A DNA stretch of 64,000 nucleotides from Tubulanus polymorphus (GCF_964204645.1 NC_134028.1:6448001-6512000), one strand, 5' to 3'. Counted from the stretch's first letter, positions 12,501 to 24,609 are shown. Numbers and translations: made by a program. The notes: a model not told the origin generated them from the sequence alone.

Positions 12501-14037
12501 TGTAACCACAATCCAGGGATGAGAATTCCCCGCGGATCCGCGGTTTCCCGCGGATTTCAGTATTGAAAAATATCAATTTTCCAAATAGTCCAAAAATGAT
12601 GTAAAAGTATGGGGGGGGGGTGATGATCTCACTCAATTGGTCCGGCGCGATCGGTAATCAGGTGAACTGTAAAAGCGTTCAGTGCCTGTTTTACTTATCA
12701 TCACGTAAAAGTATCGCATTTCAATGCATATTCATTGCAACACAGTGATTTTGTATGTACATTTGTACTACGATGAGTGTGTAGCCTATGTATTTTATCG
12801 ATCAGTTGCAGACACGCACGCACAGCAACAGTAGCAACGTATATAGGTCTACTTACTGTTGCTGCGTGTGTGTGGCGACCGCTTTCGGATATTATACACT
12901 ACTTGGTGATGATTTTTAGTGAGCATTCATCGGCGCATTTTTACTGCAATAATTCAGGGCTCGACCCGTAATGCATGAGATGCTGAATGTCATCAAATGA
13001 GGATGTACCACATTGGAACTAGCCATTACCTTCCAAAATATAATAGTCGTTCATGGGTTCAAGATCGCTCTAAGTGCTCGGAAAACGTATTTAATTTCTA
13101 AAATTTTCTTGGGGGAGGGCCCCCAAACCCCCCCCCCCAAATAGCTTCGCGCTTTCGGCACTCGCTAGTGCTGACGGCTACGCCGTCAGCTGGTTCGCAT
13201 ATGTCACTCAAGAAAAATAACCCGCGGATTTTACAGGTCGGCGTTCTCATCCCTGACAATCAATTGCAAAGTTGTAGCTCATGACATCATCTATGATTGT
13301 GGCAAGTTTTAAGGCCATTAGTTATTCTATATGGTCACCAGGGGGCGTTGAATAGTAGAATAACTTAGTATTTCCTTATTATATTTTGTTCCTTATTATA
13401 TTTTTCCTTGTTATAGTTCGTGACATGTTCTATGATTGTGGTGAGTTTCAAGGTCATTGGGTTTTGAATATGGTCACCAGGGGGCGTTGAATAGTAGAAT
13501 AACTTAGTATTTCCATATTAAAGTGGTAACGAGGCATATTTTGTTATCACAATCAATTACAAAATCGTAGCTGCTGATATGTTCTATGATTGTGGCGAGT
13601 TTCAAAGTCATTGGATTCTGTATATGGTCACCAGGGGGCGTTGAATATTAAAATTGTTAGATTGTTGAGCATTTGGAACCACTTCCCAAGTGGGAATGGT
13701 GTCCCTGGACCCCTAGTTTTATCAAAATTGTAACTGTTTTTTGCAGCCATATTTTGACAAGTCAGCGCAATTGAGACGGGAATACGAAGAACTTCTACTC
13801 GATTGGGAAGATCGCATGGTACAAGACGGAAACCTCAAATTAGTTCGAAAATCGACGCTGGATAAAGTCGGCATAAGGCTCGATAAACCGAAAGCGAGAA
13901 AGAAAAAGGCCGCGAAACGAAAACCGGCGAAGAAAGCCACGTCTGCTGCTAAGAAGAAAAAAACGAGTGCGAAGAAAACGAAATCTGCTGCGAAGACAAC
14001 GGCGAAAAAATCCACGGCGGACAATGAATCTTCATAG
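9594..14037 (+). CDS. TFAM: Mitochondrial transcription factor A (two HMG boxes), 7 exons, ~288 aa, with a long Lys/Ala-rich C-terminal tail
   Basis: Exons 9594-9679, 9940-10064, 10173-10243, 10328-10468, 10581-10676, 11414-11470, 13747-14037 (867 nt, in frame). The Arg/Ser-rich N-terminus resembles a mitochondrial presequence. HMG1 reads PKAPTTPFVKF...WKNLDESDKQKY and HMG2 reads KPKSPMKPFFMF...WNSLSPEQKQPY, followed by the TFAM-typical 'WEDRMVQDGNLKLVRK'. Confidence 0.9.
10740..11355. mobile_element. Foldback / P-superfamily-like non-autonomous element with ~205-bp near-perfect TIRs and a 7-bp TSD
   Basis: CACAGGCACTTGAATATGGGC... (10740-~10945) is the reverse complement of ~11150-11355. 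A perfect direct repeat CTGTCAC flanks it at 10733-10739 and 11356-11362. It lies in TFAM intron 5. Confidence 0.88.
11734..13717 (+). mobile_element. Helentron-associated / DINE-1-like non-autonomous element (HINE)
   Basis: It starts in a T-run (TTTTTTAGCC), has a subterminal hairpin GGGACTTTAGTCCC and a (GTCC)n microsatellite at 11786-11804. Internal tandem units contain GGYCACCAGGGGGCGTTGAATA (~12431, 13334, 13472, 13626). The 3' end has the palindrome CCACTTCCCAAGTGG and a CTAGT terminus in a T-run. Confidence 0.7.
12514..13255. mobile_element. hAT-like MITE nested inside the HINE, 6-bp TSD
   Basis: TIR CAGGGATGAGAA...TTCTCATCCCTG. The direct repeat ACAATC is at 12508-12513 and 13256-13261. 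The insertion splits one HINE tandem unit. Confidence 0.8.
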
Positions 14038-14231
14038 ATACCGGTAGTGAAAATTGAATGAACTCTTTTCTGCGTGATGAGCTCGTCAAGATAGATTTGT
14101 TTCTGATTGGCTCAATTTCAGTGGATTGTTATGGATTTTACTCCTGTTATGATAGATTTGTTCTGTAAGCTGGAAATACTTTAGGGAGTATATGTAAACA
14201 GGAATTGTTACATAAGTGCTGACCATATTAA

Positions 14232-14459
14232 CCCTTTCAGTGCTGACCAATTTATAACCTGAAGTGCTGGAGATGATTAGAAAATTTTAAATTATTCCAC
14301 CCCATTATGTTGAATAACGGGCCTACCGCTATAATGCATCTACAACGCGGTGTGTTTGGCAGATGATGCCATCGTTCATAAACAATCATGGGTGCGATGT
14401 ACTAGCTAAGTCCACCACCAATTAATACACTGCACTGTGGTGTAGACGTACGGAAAGGG
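14232..14459. mobile_element. piggyBac-type MITE (TTAA TSD) in the probable TFAM 3' UTR
   Basis: TTAA|CCCTTTCAGTG...CGGAAAGGG|TTAA. Same family as 640-898, in the opposite orientation. Confidence 0.7.
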
Positions 14460-14859
14460 TTAATTAGTCGAGATGGATTATTTGCTCACAGGGTTTGTTT
14501 GTCTGTGTTGCTTGGTTGAGGTGAAAACTGCACTGCCTTTATTTGTAAATATAATGATTAAAATCGCATATATTTTTATACTGCCAAATACTTTATAATA
14601 TACCTAGTCCTTATTGTGCCAGTATGCGCGTACTGTGCTGTAGTAAGCAACTAATTAAAAATTTCTACTACATTTTGATGCGTTGTACCTACACTACATT
14701 TGTAGGCGAAAATAACTTTGTACAGAACCACAATGAAAAAATAAAAAACCGAATTGGAGACATGATTTTAGATATTTATTTGATTTGCTTAAGGTTTGAC
14801 AAAGATATCTTCTAATTTCTTGAACAGTCAGGGTCAAAATGGGCCTCCCAGTGAGGATT

Positions 14860-16217
14860 TCATATGAATATTCGAAATTTTAAGAAAAATCCTTTTTGAT
14901 CCAATGGGACATACTTAAACTGAAGGCAGTATTTAGCACTGGAGATTATTGGATTGTGGATGTTCGAACCACATAATTTTTTGCTGTTTTCTGCTGGCAT
15001 AGAACCATTATAATTGTACTGTATGTAGCCTATCTCGCAATTTGGTACATCTTTATTGTCGACGGCCATCTTGAGATGCTGAAACCAACAAATATTAATG
15101 GATAAATTTAAGTCTTTGACACATAGTTGCAGATGACTCCTGGCTGTACATGCCAAGGCCTGTAATAATCCAGGGTTACTACAGTCCCTCAAATAACTAA
15201 ATTGAATTTTGAGGGTACGAAAACCCTCATTCTGAGTCTCGGCCCTTGGCCCGTCAAATTCTGAAAATGTGCCTTAGAAAATCTTTTTAATAACATATTT
15301 CTATAGAATAATTAATTTCAAACAAGGTGACAATTCCAATTTCAGGGGTTCAAACGCTCCTAGATAAGCCCTTGTATTTAATATATCCAACAGTTTAGTA
15401 ACAGTAACTTGAAGTTCATAGTTGATCTTAAAGGCCCCTCGAAATTTGGTGATTATAACTTCAAATTTGAAAATTGTGGTCCTGTATGTATCCTGTAATC
15501 GTAAATCAACCCACCGTTCCTGAAGGACCGATATATGCAAAAGAGACATTTGAATTCTCCGTTACATTCAGCTCTTTAGTTACATTCATTTCATCTGTAT
15601 ACGGTAAAACTTGGCTTATATTAAGAACCACTTTTGCTCCTTCCGTTAACGGCTCTAAGAAAGAAGAAAGAATTTACATCTATTTTTAGATCAATGTTCG
15701 CTCTGGAGACATCTATTGAATGTTTACAAAATACAAACCACATTCCACGTGTAGTTTAACGAGATCAGGAAAATAAATTGGTACTTTATCGGTGTTATTA
15801 GGGTGCCATAGTGGTTTGATAAACTTTACGAATGCTTTTGTGTTGAAATATCTATGGTAAAATGACTCGCTTGTACCTAGAAAGAATGAATTGAACCCTA
15901 TTATTCAATATTTATGAATATTTCGCATAGGCCTATGAGTATTTCTTTCATATTTGGCTATTTTACATCAACAACTTTATGAAGATAATTTTCACCACAA
16001 TTATACCGCCAACCCGCTTAAACCGGATTAGTTGGGACCGATAAAGTCCATCCAGTTTATGTGAATTCTAAATCATATTTTACCTGGTCCATTCAATCCA
16101 GATTCGATCAAAATCCATATTAAACTGATCCTGGATTAAGCGGGTTTGACCATAAAGAGAAAAGCTAGATACGTTACCCATACAAATGATTACAATTAGC
16201 CACCAAAGAACAAACAT
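14860..16217 (-). pseudogene. Putative secreted CUB-domain gene, apparently disrupted (pseudogene, or a splice model I could not resolve)
   Basis: Exon 16178-16217 (MFVLWWLIVIICMG, signal-peptide-like) joins in phase to 15739-15876 and to an exon starting at 15654. The 3' segment 14860-15078 reads ...NCEIGYIQYNYNG...KKLCGSNIHNPIISSAKYCLQF...KGFFLKF*, a CUB-like C-terminal half. TGA codons at 15506-15508 and 15189-15191 and a frameshift near 15120 interrupt the middle. AATAAA lies on the minus strand at 14775-14780. Confidence 0.55.
16006..16152. mobile_element. Tc1/mariner-type MITE remnant
   Basis: Inverted termini AACCCGCTTAAACCGGA / CCTGGATTAAGCGGGTT, flanked by TA. Confidence 0.5.
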
Positions 16218-16989
16218 GCTGTAAACACCTCTGTCAGATAACTTCCAAACCTCTTTTGTTGTAAATCGACCAAATATTGTACGAATAATTTTATTGAATT
16301 AGATCCTCTTCATGTTTTATGTAGTCTTTAAGAGAAGAAAAGCATTATGTTGGTGTAAATGTAGGTAACATGTGCTACCGATATAAGTCATCTGTAAAAT
16401 GGGCAGGTATGTCATCAGTTTCGTAGCGGTATTTGCTGCCTTTGAACAAACTCGAGCAACAGGTGCTTAATGAAAATGTGTTCCAAATGTTACCTTGATC
16501 TAAATAGATATCAAAACACATTTAAACTCGAATGCCCTTTAAATTTATTCAGTAAAACTTGCAGAAATTTTTTCCTATCAGTCATTTTTTCCTGGGTAGT
16601 AAAGTCGGGGCGGTGGATCCAGACCGTATTTTCAAATGCACATGAGGTCTTTTTTTGATGCCCTTCTGAAAGTCGGCAAGAAATTTCATTGAAAAACGTA
16701 TAGGTTGTAGGCAAGAAAAATTACCAATTTTTTAGGGCAGCTCTTACAAAAAGGAGCAACTGATTTGTTTAAAAGGGCCATATTTTCAGCAATATCAATA
16801 ATCAATCCGGGCATAATGGCACAGTTTTAGCCAACTTAACAAATGAAAAAAAATACTAATTGGTAAGAGGGAAATGACTGTCAGATACACATCAGAGTAC
16901 CATCTCAACTGAAAAGGCAAAGAGATTGAAAGTGCAATTCAGATATTACAAAAACATCAAATATCTTTAGAATAACGATTTTATTATTG

Positions 16990-18374
16990 CTACGTAACTA
17001 GATTGAGGACTGCCCTCATACAAACTATAGTAAACAGATAAACAGCGAAATCGATAAAACACTGATTAACAACAGAGGTGACTTTAACATATGTATCAAC
17101 GATGTCTGCTTTTACTCCGGCTAATCTCAATAATCCGATTAACATATCTCCACTATGGCCTCTGTGAGATTCAAAATTGCCCTGAAAATATACGCCGAAA
17201 GATGTTTTATAAACTATTCAACTATTAAAGGCGATTCTGGATTATTAATATTGGCAGAAACTTACTTGGATGAAATTATGTGAAATAATGGTGACTTGCA
17301 GTAAAATAAATGGCACGACGACAGACTGAAACAGATAAAATCAATAACTGAATGCTGGTATTTCAATTAATAATATTAAAATGTCCTTAATCAATTATTA
17401 AATATCAAATATGCCTTAATTCACCCCAGGACCCAATTTCACAGTTCTGGTATGACTCCAGGACCCGGTTCCACAGTTGTGAGTTAGAGTTAACTCCGAG
17501 TTAAAGTTAGTTCATATTCAATGAGTTCACTCAGAGTCAAATGTGAACATTATTAGAAAATCTCAGAGTTAACTCTTACTCATTGCTTTGTTAAGGAAAA
17601 GAATTTGGATTTAAGTTTCATAAATTTCGTAATTAAACTAGGTGAACAAGATAAAAAGTCTGAGTGAATCAGTATTATCTTACAATCTAAATTCATAATC
17701 TACAAATTAAAGTAGGACTACATTGCACCTACCCGCAAAAATATAACTGCGGCAGCGTTGAAAGTGAATTGGACGAAAATTCCAGCGATGATAAACAACA
17801 AAGTTTGTGTTTCAATAAATATCGTTGGCTCAGTATGATGTTTTGAAGCAGTCGCCACTGTCTCCTCCGAATTCGTTTCCTCTACTGTTTCTATGATTGA
17901 ATTCTGTAATAACTCGTTTGACTCTGGTTGCAACGAGGGGGGTGAATTTAAAGATGATTTGCTACTACTAGCACTGACAACAATAGGTTCAGGTTGGCTG
18001 ATATCGTCATCAAGGTGTTGCGTCTCATGTTTAGGTTCATTGTTTTCCGTTTTTGGTACTTCTGTTGTTGTTGTGTCGGTTATTGCTGAATCTGTCGAAC
18101 TCCTCGCCTTCACTTCTACAATCAAAAGAACGAATCTCAAATCTTGTCATTATTGTTCAATAAAACCTGATTTAAATTACTCATGACCAGCCAAGTTTTG
18201 CAGGTTAATGCTATTTAAAGAACTTAAGTATCAACCGAAGCTTTTAACGTGTATAAATGATAAATTGCGCTTACCACTGATTCCCAAAAGCTTCTGCATC
18301 CGAATTTCGGAATTCTCCAGTATTTTTCGCCTCCTTATCTCGGCTCTGGACATTTTCACTTCGTTAGACGCCAT
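16990..18374 (-). CDS. CAMLG: Calcium-modulating cyclophilin ligand (CAML / GET2, tail-anchored protein insertase subunit), 4 exons, ~244 aa
   Basis: Exons 18275-18374, 17733-18115, 17266-17325, 16990-17181 (735 nt, in frame). The N-terminus has the GET2/CAML basic motif RAEIRRRKILENSEIRMQKLLG, then a low-complexity linker and three C-terminal hydrophobic segments ending 'FIDFAVYLFTIVC'. AATAAA follows the stop closely. Confidence 0.88.
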
Positions 18375-18504
18375 GTTGGTTTTTCGATTTGACGTCATTA
18401 GAGGATTTCGGGAATTCCTCACATTTCAATCAACATCCTTCACTTTCGAATGTTAGGTTCGAATCCTTCAATGAAGTAGACTTCACGCATGTTATGTATT
18501 AAAA
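18375..18504. promoter_or_regulatory. 130-bp bidirectional promoter CAMLG/SLC25A16 with a full CRE palindrome
   Basis: Start codons lie at 18374 (-) and 18505 (+). TGACGTCA is at 18390-18397. Confidence 0.65.
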
Positions 18505-21397
18505 ATGACATCTGAAAATGTAAAGACTCTTCCCTACGGTTCACCCGAGAAAATTCAACGGTTGTTTAAACTTTTATTTGCCGGTGGTAAGATAATGCTT
18601 ATTAGATTTCCCAGACGAATAATGATGTATTTTCAAAGTTTTATATTCCATTCCATGATTGATGAAAATTATTGTATTCCCCAATTTTTCTTCCAATCAA
18701 AATTAATTTTAATTTATTACTGACTCTATGCTAAAAATGTTGATAACCTTTCTTTTAGGAATCGCTGGTATGTGCGCTAAAACTACGATAGCTCCACTAG
18801 ACAGAATAAAAATACTTCTACAAGCTCATAATCAACATTATGATCGATATGGTGAGTTCTAGGTTATCCGGCCGGTAATCCGCCGCCGGGGCTTATGATA
18901 TTGGCCTAGTTTTGTAAAAAGGATTAACTCTAATATTTATTTAGATAAACTGAATTAATGGAGAGTACTTTATAAAAGGATTTACTCCTAAGCCTTAATC
19001 AATCTTGATGAACTGAAACAGAAATTTACTCGATTTAGTTGAGTTAAACCTTTTTGTGACACGCAGACACATAAAGCAGAGGGAAAGATTACAAGAATTG
19101 GAAACCATAATGATGTTCTAATTTTGTTTAAACTTGAAGGTGTTATTTCTGCATTGAGAAATGTCGTAAAGAGAGAAGGTCTAACTGGTTTATACCGAGG
19201 AAATGGAACTCAGATGGTGCGAATATTTCCTTATGCGGCTCTACAGTTTGTTTCTTACGAAAATTACAAAAAAGTAAGAACATTTCGTTTGAAAAAAGAA
19301 TTTTCAGTGTTTGAATGTAATAAGCATATTTCTCAGCATTATTCTTGTATGTTTCTTAGCATTATGTTTTAGATTGCCCTAATTGAAAATGAATACAGGA
19401 TTTTCCAGATTTGATATCTTTGATTGACTGATCATTTCTTCTTGCAGATCTTGATGTCACAACTAAGAACATCTCATCCACACCTAGCTCAGTTAGTCGC
19501 TGGTTCTATGGCCGGTAAGGGAATTTTCCTTGCAGTAACACGCGTGCAGCAGCTTAATGTGATTATCTTCGTTTAGATATCATTAAAACATTTTCCAAAC
19601 AAAACCTCGAAATCAGCTTGGGGATATACAGGATCTATACACAATACCAAGCATGTTTCAATGCTATCTATTCTTGTGATCATCCGTATAAATTCCGACA
19701 GAGATCAGGAAAACTTTTTAGTTAAAGAATTAACATTGCTTTGCATTTGGATTTTACTATTGCTAAATCGCTACTAAAAAAAAATTCAAAAAAAATTTAA
19801 GGTACCGCCTTAAACATTTAATCATATTGTCACTTTGAAATGCCAGACGGTTTTTGATTGCCAAACTGGTAATGACTATTTGTAATTGGCAGTGAACAAG
19901 TTAGGCCTCTAATGATAATTGTTTGTTTCATTTTTGTAGGAATGACAGCAGTATTAGGAACGTATCCTTTAGATATGGTGCGAGCGAGGTTAGCATTTCA
20001 AGTGAGCGGCGAACAAGTTTACTCAGGGATAGCGGATGCATTTCAGAAAATCTGGAAAACCGAAGGAGGTTTACCGGCTCTTTACAGAGGAATTGTCCCG
20101 ACTCTAATGGGGATGGTTCCGTACGGAGGTAATTAGGTGCAGCCATAAAAGATTTTAACGTAATGTTTCTATTATTTTCTCTTCTATCGATGATTTTATC
20201 CGTACCTGGTTCCCATTTATTGCTATGTAACTCATCATAATCGTTTTGCAGGATTCTCCTTCCTCGGGTTCGAAACGATGAAACAGATTTCGCTCGGTTA
20301 TTTCCCGTTGATTCTCGGCAAACCGAATCCGAAAAATAAAAACGAACTCGTACTGAATATTCCGGCTCGCCTGCTGTGTGGAGGAATGGCTGGCGCGTTC
20401 GCGCAGACAATCTCGTGAGTACAACCTGAGTGCATGAATGAATTTATCTCACAAATATATAAACATAAGCAGGAATACGAATAATGTTTTGATTAATTAC
20501 ATTTCAATTGAAAATGTGCATATTTGAGGAGGATGGAGGATTCCCCAAGCCGTGGGATCTGTACCTGGAGGGGGATGTCCTCTTTAAAGAAAGTAACAAT
20601 TACGATTATGTAATATGATAATATGATAATCATAATTGTGACAAGATTAGAATAATGATGAGGATTGTAATGGATTGTTATAATCAAAGAGGAAAAAAGA
20701 ATAATAAAACAATAATAAAAATGATAATAATGAAAAACATAAATATTGTGTATATAGTGTATGATGATGTACGAGAGAGAATGAAATGGCAAGTTTGTAT
20801 ACGGTGAACGTTTGTTATTTTACAGGTATCCTCTTGATGTTGCTCGTAGAATGATGCAACTGTCAGTTCTATTGCCTCGGTCGGACAGATTTAGGTAAGT
20901 TACAGTTACATTTAGCTATATTGTTATTAGACAATGGAATTCATCTTAAGAAAGCAACCATGGAATCTAGTTATAACGACCTCAGATATATTGATTCATC
21001 AACTAATACAAACCTAGAATTTTGTCCGGAATGATTTAATTTTCATGTTGGAACAACAAACAATCACTTATAATGACCAGATTTTCTGGTCTCCTGAAGT
21101 TCGTTGTAACGAGGTTCTGCCGTGAGATATTGATTTTTTTGTGATCAGTTTTTTTATTGAAATTGCGGTCAAAGTTTCGCTATAGAATGAAGCAAAATCT
21201 CTCATTGTCAAATCATCAATTTCAGTAATTGGTTTCAAGTATTGAAAGACGTGTTTCGTGAACACGGAATCTCGCGAGGACTGTACCGAGGAATGAGTAT
21301 CAATTATCTGCGAGTGTCGCCGATGATCGCTGTATCGTTCACGACGTACGAAACTATGAAACAATTTCTGAGTTTAGACACGGGAATCGACAGTTGA
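18505..21397 (+). CDS. SLC25A16: Mitochondrial carrier SLC25A16 (Graves disease carrier, CoA-transporter family), 8 exons, ~322 aa
   Basis: Exons 18505-18586, 18759-18851, 19140-19273, 19448-19514, 19940-20128, 20252-20414, 20826-20894, 21226-21397 (969 nt, in frame). Three carrier signatures are present (APLDRIK, YPLDMVR, YPLDVAR). 'LQAHNQHY', 'GNGTQMVRIFPYAALQF' and 'LLCGGMAGAFAQTISYP' favour SLC25A16 over SLC25A42. Confidence 0.9.
20600..20790. repeat. Cryptic AT-rich (RAT/AAT)n low-complexity tract in a SLC25A16 intron
   Basis: Degenerate GATAAT/AATAAT runs, nearly C-free on the + strand. Confidence 0.5.
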
Positions 21398-24300
21398 CCG
21401 ACGTGACTTACTGTAGACACGATGCGAGCGCGCGTTCAACTCTTTCAAAAAAAGCATGTTTGTGATATACGGGTACACAACGTCGAAACGGTCGTGACGA
21501 ATGTGAAATTATCGAAACATTCCTCGCAGGTTTTTGGTAGTAGAAACTAATACTACGTGTATTTGCTACTTAATGTTGATCATGTCTGCACGTTGCTTTT
21601 GTCTCTGTATCTTTCGTAGATGAGAGAGCTCAACATCCGCAAATCCGCAGAGTAAAACTTAGTCTACTGTATTTCTCTGGCTCATTCTCAGTATTTACTT
21701 GATTTACGAACAGTCAGTCTCATTGAGTGCCAATTGAAATTTTACGTCGATATTACCGCAAATCATAGTCATAAGTGAACTAGTGAATGATTTGAATATT
21801 CTGTTAGTTCTAGGGAATAGGGTTAGGGGTACATTTTAAGCCTATGCCAAATAGTTATTTGAAATTGATTGTCATATGTTTGAAGTAAAAAAAGGTCGAT
21901 GCATCTATTAGTTTTAACATTGGTCTTCCATACATAACCTTCCATACTTTTTGGTATAGTGGACCCCATTAAATTGAAATAATTTTGAACTTCATCCGGT
22001 TTATGAGAAATTCTGATTTTATCAATATTGCAAAGTAGTTTCATTTTGTCTGGCGGTTTTTGTTTTATTGATGGATGCGTTGTTTTACGGTGTGCAATAT
22101 ACTGTCTCCCTTTATGTTCGATATGTTCAATAACTAATAGTTTTTTATTCGTAGGAAAAAATCAGTGTGAAATTAATGAGTATTAATTAAGAATACGATA
22201 ATGTTTTAATTGATCATGATGTCATGAATAAAACCAATTTTCAGAAAAAGAAACGTTATTTCTGTTGCTTCGTTTTCATTTGAAAGTTGTAATTTCCTGA
22301 GGTTTGTAGGGGCCTCCGTTGCTTTATCCTATATTAACCTCTGAATCCTAAGATTGATTCTCTTTGAAAACTGAAGGGGGATGGACACTTGTAGGGAATA
22401 TGTTGAAAGTTTCATCCAGAGTTTGGTTGAATTTGTCTAACAGACGTTTTGGACAAACAACACGCCCAAAACAGTTTTCGGGCAGGGTGTTTTCAAAGGT
22501 ATATGCATTTTTTCAAGTTTCATCTCCACTGTGGCCACTTACATGGAAAACCCAGGGGATCAGAGGGATCTAGAAAAAATTAGGGAAAATTGCAAAAAAC
22601 CTGGAAAATCTCAGGAAATTTGGATATTCTATTGACCACGTGTTTCTTTTTATCAGTACATGATTCAATGAAAAATCAATGAATTGTAACATTGTTAACC
22701 TAAAATTCCTTTGGAAACTCAGGGAATTAGTTAATTGGCGGATAGTGCTACTCTGATCTCTCGACCACGCAGAAAATCCTACTACAAAGATGACTTAAAG
22801 CCTGTACAATATAGGAATATTAACATATTTCCGTCTCTTTTTATAGTGGATTTTCTGCATATATATTCGTCTTCGGAAATTGTGTATTATCTCGACAATT
22901 CCGTCCTGCAGTTGAATTTGTCTAACAGTCGTTTCTGGGCAATAAAGCATCCGAACAGTTCATAAAACAGTTTGTCGGACGGGGTCCAGTTTCACAAAAC
23001 GGAGGATTAACCCCTAACCAATTTAAGTTAAACTGAATAAATGAAGATTTCTATTCGATTTAGAAGTTAAACGTTTTTTTTTGTGAAACTGGCTCCGGGG
23101 AGTTAAGGATATGCGATGGAAAAAAAATAAAATCCATTCAACCTGGTTGCTGGGTGAGTGTTAAATAATCCGAAAACATAAGATAAACGGGCCCGGTTTT
23201 ATAGACAGGTATTAACTTTTAACCCTGGGGCTAAATCAATTGAAAATGCATTGAGTTAACCCCCATGTTAAAGATACCAGGGTACGTTTGCATCGCATGA
23301 TATTTATTTACAAACCACTCGTTTTTTAGCTACAGAACCAGCAGTAACAAGTAATATGGGCACTAACAAGGTCAAGGGTTTTTTCCACTGAAAATCAATT
23401 ATGGATGCCAAACAAACTGTGTAAACTTACCAGAAACTAATTACTTAACAAAAAAAGGAAAATTTAATATCAGAAAAAACGATTATAACCCTTGAACACG
23501 ATATTGTTTATACAGTAGCATGACGACACAACCACAATCTCGTTTAGAGATCAATATCAAAAATAATGCAGCTACGTGGAAATAGTTGAATGGTTTATGA
23601 ATAATCAAGATGCCAGTGCCTTTTGCCGGGTAGAGATTGAAATAAGCAACTCCCAATAGACCATTGACTATTAAAACTGAACCAAAAACCGTGGAATCTG
23701 GCCTCCGAGTTAGACTCTAATCACTGTTAAACGTTTTTCACTGTCAAATCAAACGTAAGGAGACCTAGGGTAACCTATGTTAAGCCATGCAGGACGAATC
23801 ATTTAATGCATCACACGGATTAATACTTCAACTAACTTCGAATAAGATGAGAAATATTTGACATATTTGTTCAAGATGATATATGGAATAACAAACTGTA
23901 GTTTTTTCAATTTTGTGCGTGGACGTCTTAAATGGACAGCCGCAGTGAGTTCGCCTCCGACTCGATCGTCTGCACCGTCGAATCCCATAGTTGACTCGTG
24001 TTGTTCGGCATAAAAACCAGTATAGCGGGATTTAGATTTAAAATAATTTCCAATTTATTTTAGTTAAAAGCAGCAACCCGACCATTGCAGTTACTGTAAA
24101 AGTACAAAATATGAAAGCGCCGTCGTAATATTTGCAGCGGAATAATGTTTGGTATATATTTACAAACGTAGTTGCACGATAGCCCATCGAAACGTGACAG
24201 CCGATGAGGTATAAAGTTCGAATCCTTGGATCGGTTGCACATCAGTTATGACTTAGATTTAATTAAGACAGTCTAAGACCATCTTAGGTCTCTAGCCAAT

Positions 24301-24609
24301 CTAGCAGCTTAAGACTATACAGGCACTTTTGGACTTGAATGTGCAACTGCGGGTTCTGGTGGGTGACTTCCCTGGTCTCTACAGTAATCAAAAAGGAAAA
24401 CTAACTAATTGATAAAGTCCCGAGTGGCGATCAGCGAATTGAGAAAGAAAAAAGATCATCGAAACGTTTGAATGGAAAATCTGACATCCCCGCTCTGACG
24501 CAAGCTCGCAATCGAGCTAGGTTTCTGTCTCGATAGTCTTTGCGGTGCGAGCATCGTCACATACATCTCAAATCTATCAATCCTTACGTCGAGGTGCAAC
24601 GCATAAGCT

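Noticed and set aside
12330-13650. Recurring GGTCACCAGGGGGCGTTGAATA repeats as a CRISPR-like array
   Set aside because: The sequences between the repeats are also homologous to each other, so these are tandem units of a HINE element, not unique spacers.
13722-14024. Hydrophobic 100-aa minus-strand ORF resembling a membrane protein
   Set aside because: It is the antisense of the Lys/Ala-rich TFAM tail (AAA/AAG codons read as Phe/Leu).
15506-15508. In-frame TGA in the CUB-like gene read as selenocysteine
   Set aside because: Further stops and a frameshift follow, and I saw no SECIS-like element. Decay or splicing explains it more simply.
20493-20792. 99-aa Ile/Tyr/His-rich ORF
   Set aside because: It is the translation of an intronic low-complexity (RAT)n tract.
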